A stretch of DNA of 64,000 nt from the human T2T-CHM13v2.0 reference genome, Homo sapiens. The notes beneath the pieces are model-generated. The model worked only from the letters and a program-made list of their open reading frames with translations, did not search any database and was not told the origin of the DNA. The stretch lies in NCBI RefSeq assembly GCF_009914755.1, contig NC_060932.1, one strand, 5' to 3'. Made by a program: the position numbers and the translations under genes. This document shows positions 53,187-64,000 of the stretch, one piece after another. Each line of letters opens with the position of its first letter. Position 1 is the first letter of the stretch.

Positions 53187-55224
53187 TAGATACAGCCTTT
53201 TAATTCCTCACTGTCTCAGGGCTCTGGGTCCCTCCCACACTCCTGAGCCCAGCAGTGATACCAGGACTTCCCTCCCTTCTCACCACTGGTATGCCACCTC
53301 TGCTGCCATTATGTCAAATATGACATAAGGAAGTGTCCTCCTACGATCCTAAATTGAGAACCACATAGTCCCTAATACTGCAACCCTCAAGTCAACCGAA
53401 GATACCATAAAAGTCCCTAGAGAGAATGCGGTGTTTTTTTTTTTTTTTGGTGTTTGGGATTAGCTCTACCTAGAAGCTTACGAAAAAAATAAAAAAGGAT
53501 CCCTGAATGCGTCAGATCCCATACTCCCATGCACTTTGTTCACCCTGTCATTCGATACAAAGCAGGCTTCAAGACTGTTCAGCTCAGCCAACAAATACTG
53601 CTGGAAGTAATTTTATCACACTCACATTTCTCAATAGAACTCTAAATCAGCTTCTAAAAATACCAACCATTCTGGGCCAGGCAGTCTTGTAGACACTGAC
53701 GTCTAAGTAACTTCAATTTCTACAGTTCCAACCTCTCTGATCTCCAGTGAGTGTTTGTTCATGAAAAATACGATTTAAATTATGGAAATTCTTTTGTTTA
53801 TGGTTTAGAACTTGATCTTATAGTCTGGATAATTAGGGTTGATTTTAAAATACAGCAAATGAAAGAGTAAACTCAAGATTAGTCCTACGCTTTATAAATC
53901 AGATATAAAGAGATTGATATATTAGAATTTGCCAGAAATCTCTGAAGTATGCAGAAAATAATGATAAATTATCCTGAATCTTGAGAAAGTATGAAGGTAT
54001 AAACAAGTTAGACACAGTGTTTTCAGGCAAACACCTTCTTTGTTACATGGAGACTGATAATAAATAGGCATAAAACCACAGTGAAATCACAGATAATAGA
54101 ATGTTGAAGCCAGAATGATTGTATAAGCTGGACAAACTGTTCTGCAAAAAAAAAAACTGAAGCCTACGAATTGTTGATTTTCCCACAGTCACACAATTAG
54201 CTAACGATGGAGCTCAGAACTGCAATCTCCTGGCTCTCATTCTAGTCTTCTTTCTAGTACACCCAAAAGTTGCCCAATTTATGCGTATATCACTTTCTTC
54301 CTAATAAGTAACAAACCCCTGGGCTAGGGAAGTCACCATCCCTATTCAAGAAGAGGTCCTTTATTCAGCCCAGGGTTTCTCAGCAGTCCCAGAGCTCAAA
54401 GGAGGGCAGCTGTGTTGGTGGACTTGTGAATCATGTTAGCGAAAGCATGGGGAGTTTCACCTACTGAGTTCTACAAGATCAAATTTAGGATCTCCAGGAG
54501 GAACAGAATTGTTCAGCTCCCAGGGATGCAGAGTTTGCTGAGCAGATGCCTGAGAATCGTGAGATGATGCAGAGTATGTTGTTTACTCTCTAAGGGAAGC
54601 CAGATGTAGTCACCACAACAGAATTCCAAATGCCCTGTGCAGGAGAAGCACACTCCTGATGTACTCTATGCAAAGGCAAATTCCTGCTATAGAATCAACT
54701 AAGTTTCACAGACTTTAGAATCTCCTGATTCTAAATACACATATCAGGTGTATTCCTGGCCTGTGAGGCTGGCATGGCATGAGTCCAGATGGCACTAGAA
54801 TTGGAGAGTTGATTCGTCAGCCCATGAACAATTTTTTGAGTATGTATCAAGTTCCAGTCTAGTTACTGTAAAAAATAAAAAATCTGGACACCACTTAGTC
54901 CATCAGAAATATTTACTGAGCCCTAGCAGTGCTCTGGATGCTGAAGGTACAGCTCTCCTGGATGCTGTTACATTGCTCCCACCTCTGTGATCCTGTGGCA
55001 TGTGGTTTGTGCCTCTGCAAGGGCCCAGTTTGACTTTTGGTATTTACTTGTGTATATTTACTTTCCTTTTTCTAGACTGTAACTCCTCCAGGGCAAGGAA
55101 TGGAGACTTTTTCACGATAGCTAAATAAAAGATAAGCAAATCTGTTAGCATTTGCCAGATACCAATAAAATTGATGATACCACTGTAGTTCAATTCAACT
55201 TAACAAGCAGTAGTTGCTTATGTA

Positions 55225-55275
55225 TTAGGTTGAGAGCAAAAGTAATTCTGGTTTTTGCCATTAATGGCAAAACCA
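55225..55275. mobile_element. MADE1 (Hsmar1-derived MITE), right arm truncated, inside an L2 3' end
   Basis: ta|ttaggttgagagcaaaagtaattctggtttttgccattaatggcaaaacc. Confidence 0.85.
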
Positions 55276-55841
55276 TGCTAGGTGCTGTGGGGCACAGACA
55301 ATCACCTAAATTTGCATGTCTTTTCCTCCAGATATTTGCAATATTTTCTGGGGAGAAAATATAAATATCAATGCAATCCAAGGTTATTTAACTAAATGAG
55401 AAAATGCAATAATCTAACCAGGTAGATGGTAAACGGGGAGAGAATAGTGTAGCTAAAAGGCTTTACAAGGAAGAAAGAACCTCAGCTGGGCCTTGAATGA
55501 ATCAATAAATTAGAAAGAAGGATGGGTAATTTAGGTAACAGGGAAGGCACAGAATCAGGAATGAAGGGGAACTGAGTCTAACTAATGATGTGACGGCTAT
55601 GTCTTAAGCACTGATTGAGATTTGATTGTTTTCACCACTGTTGCTAATTTCTGAGATGCAACAAAAGTCAAATTAGAACTGTTTTCTAAATCTATGTGAA
55701 TTTCTGGTTGTACACATTTTTCAATAACCCATCTGGAAATTTATTTATTTTCCTATCAGTCAAGAGAGTTATTTGAAGGAGTATCTGTACCTTCTATCAT
55801 TCAGGAAATTGGGGAAATGTCTTAGTCTTCTATAATTAAAG

Positions 55842-56004
55842 CAGTGGTTCTTAAACTTTAGCTTAATCTTGAAACATAGATTGCCGGGCCACTCCCTGAG
55901 TTTCTAGTTCAATAAGTCTAGCGTAGGGCCTGAAAATGTGTGTTTCTAAGAAGTTCCCAAGGATGCTGATGTTGCTGGTTGGGGATCACACTTTGAATAC
56001 CACT
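55842..56004. mobile_element. MER5A
   Basis: cagtggttcttaaactt...gatgctgatgttgctggttggggatcacactttgaataccact. Confidence 0.8.
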
Positions 56005-56317
56005 AATTGAGAGCCAAGCTGAAGTGGGGGTTCCCATCCCTGCTTATAAAACTCGACAGAGATGCCAGACACAGGCATGAGGAAATTGTTCATATCAATA
56101 ACCCCAAATCTAAAAATTAAGTACGTATATGAAAAAATGAACTGCATTTACTGTTTGAGATAATGAGATACAAAAAGAAAATAAACATTACAGCGTGACT
56201 TCTAGGAATAATAAGCCTTTTAACTCAATAGTCAACAGAGCCATGTCAACTATAGCCAGGAAAAAAAAAAATAGTGTTGTCGCCACTGGCTTTGTTTGTC
56301 CTTTACCATAGCATAGA

Positions 56318-56489
56318 TATATTAGTCAAGGTTCTCCAGAGAAAAGGAACCAATAGGATGTGTGTGTATGTAGAGAGAAAGAGATTTATTTTAAAGAATT
56401 GGCTCATGCTATTGTGGAAGCTTGGCCATCCCAAAATCTGATCGTGGAGGCCGGTAGCCTGGAGATTCAGGAAAGAGTTGGCATCTTCT
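56318..56489 (-). mobile_element. MLT2 LTR fragment
   Basis: tatattagtcaaggttctccagagaaaaggaaccaatagga...gatttattttaaagaattggctcatg. Confidence 0.8.
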
Positions 56490-56722
56490 GGTTGGGTGTG
56501 GTGGCTCACACCTGTAATCCCAGCACTTTGGGAGGCCGAGGTTGGAGGATCACTTGAAGTCAGGAGTTCAAGACCAGCCTGGCCAGCATGGTGAAACCCT
56601 GTCTCTACTAAAAATACAAAAATTAGCCGGGAGTGGTGGCAGGCACCTGAAATGCCAGTTACTTGGGAGGCTGAGGCAGGAGGATCGCTTGAACTCAGGA
56701 GAAGGAGGTTGCAGTGAGCCAT
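56490..56722 (+). mobile_element. AluS lacking 3' end and poly(A)
   Basis: Stops at gcagtgagccat. Confidence 0.9.
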
Positions 56723-56953
56723 GAAAGAAAAGAAAATGGAGATAGAGATAGAAGTAATATGGCCACCAGCCTAGGGATGCCTGGGGCCACTGGAAGCAGA
56801 AAGAAGCAAAGAAGAATCTCCCCTGGAACCCCGGGAGGAAGGGCAGCCCTGCCAGATTTTAGACTTTGGGCCTCCAGAAATGTGAGAAATAAATTCCTGC
56901 TGTTTTAAACCACCAAGTTTGTGATTATCTGTTCTGGCAGCCTCAGGACTGAC
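56723..56953 (+). mobile_element. MLT1 LTR 3' part
   Basis: ggcctccagaaatgtgagaaatataaattcctgctgttttaaaccaccaagtttgtg. Confidence 0.75.
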
Positions 56954-57863
56954 AAGAATCCTTCTACATCTGCTCAGAATACCAATTGGTGTTGGCTTCT
57001 GGGGGTCCTGGGAAGTGCAGCAGTGAGGCTCAACAGAGGTGTTGTGGAGGTGACAGTCAGAGGCAGAAGCCCTTGGCCACAGCGGCCTGGCAGTGGGAAC
57101 CAAAAGCAGTGGTGAGGCCCCCATGCAGCTTCCCAGGCAGTGGGTGATCCAGTAGCTCATGTGGCCTCAGCACTGGAAGACAGCTCCTGGGAGCCTTTCA
57201 ATAATACTAAAAGAGGAGCATAGGCGATTCTAACCCCTCTGGGTTCCATCCAGGCCAGTGACAGAGGAAAGCCATCACTCCTTTCACATGGGGCTGTGTC
57301 AGCCCACCTAGAAGTGAGTCTGTCATATGTCTGAGTGCATAGACTCACATCTATTTGATCTTGGCATCCTTTTGCCAACTACACTTGTCAACTTTTGCCA
57401 ACTGCCATGCACCCAGGCCCAGGTAAGTGTTGCTGAATGTATTCTCTTTACCTAGTCCTGCACACTCTGGGCACCTAAGCTTTGATTTGAATAGTCAGGA
57501 AGAATCCATTATATCCAGCCCTCAAATGTACGTATAATGCCTGGGAGGGCTTGATGAAGACCACATTCTATAATAAGACCCAGACACGTATACTATATAC
57601 AGTCGCATGTTGCTTAACACCTGAGATACTTTCTGAGAAATGCGTCATTTGGTGATTTCATCATTGTGTGATTATCGTAGAGTGAACTTACATGAACCTA
57701 GATGGGATAGTCTTCTACACACCTAGGGTGCATGGCATAGCCTTTGGCTCCTAGGCTGCAAACCTGTAACAGCATGTGAATGTACTAAATATTGTAGGCA
57801 ATTATAACACAACGGTAGGTATTATGTATCTAAACATACCTAAACATAGGAAAGGTACAGTAA

Positions 57864-61023
<3,160 letters not shown>

Positions 61024-61989
61024 AAAGGTACAGTAAAAATACAGTACAAAAGATAAAAAATGCTACACCTGTATAGTTCACTTACCATGAAAAGAACTTG
61101 CAGGACTAGAAGCTGCCCTGAGTGAGTGAATGTGAAGGCCTCGGACATTACTGTCCAACACTGTAGGCTTTGTAAATAGCGTACACTTAGGCTACAGTAA
61201 ATTTTTAAAAAAATTCTTTCTCCAATATTAAATTAACCTTCGCTTACCGTAACATTTTTACTTCACAAACTTTAAAAACTTTTTAAACTTTTTTATTCTT
61301 TTGTAATAACACTTAGCTTAAAACACAAACCCACTGTACAGCTGTACAAAAATATTTTATTTCTTTATATCCTTATTCTATAAGCTTTTCTCTATTTTTA
61401 AATTTTTTATTTTAGTTTTTACTTTTTAAAACTTTTTTGTTAAAAACTAAAGCACAAACAGACACATTAGCCTAGGCCTACACAGGGTCAGGATGATCCA
61501 TATCATTGTCCTCCCCCTCCACTCCTGTTCCACTGGAAGGTCTTCAGGGACAGTAACAATCACAGAGCTGTCATCTCGTAGGATAACAACGTCTTATTCT
61601 GGAATACTCTCTAAAGGACCTATGTGAGGCTGTTTTACAATTAGCTTTTTTTTTTAATAAGTAGAAGTACACTCTAAAATGATGCTACAATGTATAGTAT
61701 GGTAAACACATAAACCAGTAACTTGGTCATTTTATCACTATCAAGTATTATGATGTAATATACATAATTGTATGTGCTATACTTTTACATAACTGGCAGT
61801 GAAGTAGGTTTGTTTACACCAGTGTCACCACAAACATGGGAGTAATGCATTGCACTATGACATTTGTTATGACAGCTACAATATCACTAGGAAATAGAAA
61901 ATTTTCAGCTCCATTATAATCTTATGGGACCACCATCGTATATGTGGTCTGTCATTGACCAAAACGTCATTATGCAGCACATGACCGTA

Positions 61990-63101
61990 CATTGACTGAG
62001 ACACGGATTCATGGATTCCATATTTGTGAATTTGCCTGCTCCCTAAAATGTATTTCTAACCTCAGAATCAATACACATGCCACTTCTGCAGTGTTTGTGC
62101 ACATCCATAGAGTAGCAAGACATTTGAAATACTGACATGATTACTCTGCCTTTCTGTTTCAGCTCTCATGATGTAAACGAGTGTCCTTTTCATTGTATCA
62201 TGGGTTTTGTGCGTGCTTTGTGTTGGTAATTTTGCTATTTAAAATGGCCCGCAAGTGTAGCTGCTGAAGTTTTGTCTAGTGCAGGGGTCTCCAACTCCTG
62301 GGCCTGGTACTGTTCTGTGGACTTTTAGGAACTGGGCCCCATAGCAGGAGGTTAGCAGTGTGTGAGCAAAGCTTCATCTGTATTTACAGCTGCTCCCCAT
62401 TGCTTGCATTACTGCCTGAGTTCTGCCTCCTATCAGATCACTGGTGGTATTAGATTCTCATAGAAGCACAAACCCTACTGTGAACTGTGCGTGTAAGGGG
62501 TCTAGGTTGCACACTCCTTACGAGAATCTAATGCCTGATGATCCGTGACTGTCTCCCATCATCCCCAGAAGGGACTGTCTAGTTGCAGGCAAACAAGCTC
62601 AGGGCTTCCCCTGATTCTACATTACCATGAGTTGTATAATTATTTCATTATATATTACAATGTAATAATAGAAATAAAGTACACAATAAATGTAATGGGC
62701 TTGCATCATCCTGAAACTATCCCCACTCAAGTCCATGAAAAAATAGTCTTCCATGAAACCAGTCCCTGGTGCCAAACACTGCTGGCCTAGTGTTCCTAAG
62801 TGCAAGAAGGCTGTGATATGTTATAGAGAAATACATGTGTCAGATAAGCTTTTGCTCAGTTAGGAATGATAGTGCTGTTGGCCTTGAGTTCAGTGTCAAT
62901 GAATCAACAATGTTAAATAAAGTGTCTTCAAACAGTGATACACGTCAAACAAGGTTATGTATTGACCACTGGAGGAAAATACTGTAACCAGAGGCTTGCA
63001 GGTGCCTGTATTTCCATTAGGAGCAATGACTCAGTATTCACTAATTTAGTGTTACAGCGACTTTACAGACCATAACTACCATGAATAAGAAGCAGCAGCT
63101 A
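61990..63101. mobile_element. MER6-like TcMar element split by MER1A
   Basis: ggattccatatttgtgaatttgcctgctccctaaaatg...ctgtttcagctctcat...gactttacagaccataactaccatgaataa. Confidence 0.75.
62282..62784. mobile_element. MER1A (hAT-Charlie)
   Basis: caggggtctccaac...catgaaaccagtccctggtgccaaa; 8-bp TSD gtctagtg/gcctagtg. Confidence 0.88.
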
Positions 63102-63256
63102 TATATGACTTTAAGAATTATTCAGTGTGATTCTGATGTAAGTTTCCACATGTTCTCCTGAAACAGCCTTAACCAACCCCAGGCCAGATTCACTCAGTGC
63201 CCCACTGCCTCATCTCCCTCCTTTACATCCTCCTGCCCCAGAAGCAAGAAAGCGAT

Positions 63257-63666
63257 TGTTGCCCACCTGAGGAAAAAACTGTTTTTATACTCGCAACACC
63301 TGTGACACCTAATGCGGGAGGTTTTTTTGTTTTGTTTTGTTTTTTTTCCACACCAATCACCAACACTGTGACTCTCCAGACATCAACTAGGTGTCCAGTA
63401 ATTCAACTCAATTCCGAAACTAACCACCAGGAGTTAGATCACACCCCACTAGTGAAGGGCTCAGTCCCACACACAAGCCCCCCACTTCAGATGCCAGTAG
63501 TAAATCTGGACCTCCAAACTTCTGGCCAACTGGCTACAAATAAGGGGTCCCCACGACCCCATGCTTGGATTTAATATTTTGCTCGACTGCCTCACAGAAT
63601 CCAGGAAAACAGTCTACTCGTTTATTATAAAAGACACGACTCAGGAACAGCGTATGGAAGAGAGGC
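63257..63666 (-). mobile_element. MER21-family LTR, interrupted by THE1
   Basis: ctaggtgtccagtaattcaactcaattcc...gggctcagtcccac...ccccacttcagatgccagt. Confidence 0.75.
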
Positions 63667-64000
63667 TGTATTTGTCCGTTTTTACGCTGCTGATAAAGAC
63701 ACACCCGAGATGGGAAAGAAAAGGAGATTTAATTTGACTTACAGTTCCACATGGCTGGGGAGGCCTCAGAATCATGGCAGGAGGCGAAAGGCACTTCTCA
63801 CGTGGCGGAGGCAAAAGAAAATGAGAATGAAGCAAAAGCGGAAGCCCCTGATAAAACCATCAGATCTCGTGAGACTTATTCACTATCACGAGAATAGCAC
63901 GCACGAGAAAGACTGACCCCATGATTCAATTACCTCCCCCTGGGCCCCTCCCACAATTCATGGGAATTCTGGGAGATACAATTTAAGTTGAGATTTTGGT
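63667..64000 (-). mobile_element. THE1A-like MaLR LTR (runs off window)
   Basis: tgtatttgtccgtttttacgctgctgataaagac...ccatcagatctcgtgagacttattcactatcacgagaatagc. Confidence 0.9.

Noticed and set aside
54489-54593. Protein-like frame DLQEEQNCSAPRDAEFAEQMPENREMMQSMLFTL and GGAACA-N4-TGTTCA steroid-response-like palindrome
   Set aside because: No recognisable homology; the spacer is 4 nt rather than the canonical 3.

Overview
This is primate genomic DNA, most likely ape or human. The evidence is Alu J/S/Y elements, L1PA/L1PB elements, LTR12, MER11 and an L1PA2-4-type 3' end. I see no recognisable host protein-coding gene, RNA gene or CRISPR array. Roughly three quarters of the window is transposable-element debris, often nested 3-4 layers deep. 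It includes one decayed full-length L1PA6/7-like element (26364-32499, minus), a 5'-truncated relative (17521-20321), three 5'-inverted (twin-primed) L1s, about 18 Alus, solo LTRs (MER4, MER34, MER61, MER11A, LTR12, MER21, MST/THE1/MLT), DNA transposons (Tigger3b, MER6, MER1A, MER5A, MER3, MADE1) and ancient L1M/L2/MIR. Every recognisable peptide in the ORF track derives from L1 or Alu. I found no support for a new biological system. The best leads are mechanistic or regulatory: two neighbouring L1s sharing non-consensus variants (possible gene conversion), a candidate L1 3' transduction, a local ~175-bp duplication with an expanded (AT)29, an AluYd-type insertion, an LTR12 NF-Y array, and three repeat-free islands with motif clusters or hairpins. 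Repeat subfamily names come from my recollection of consensus sequences, not from a search. Boundaries without a stated target-site duplication (TSD) are approximate.
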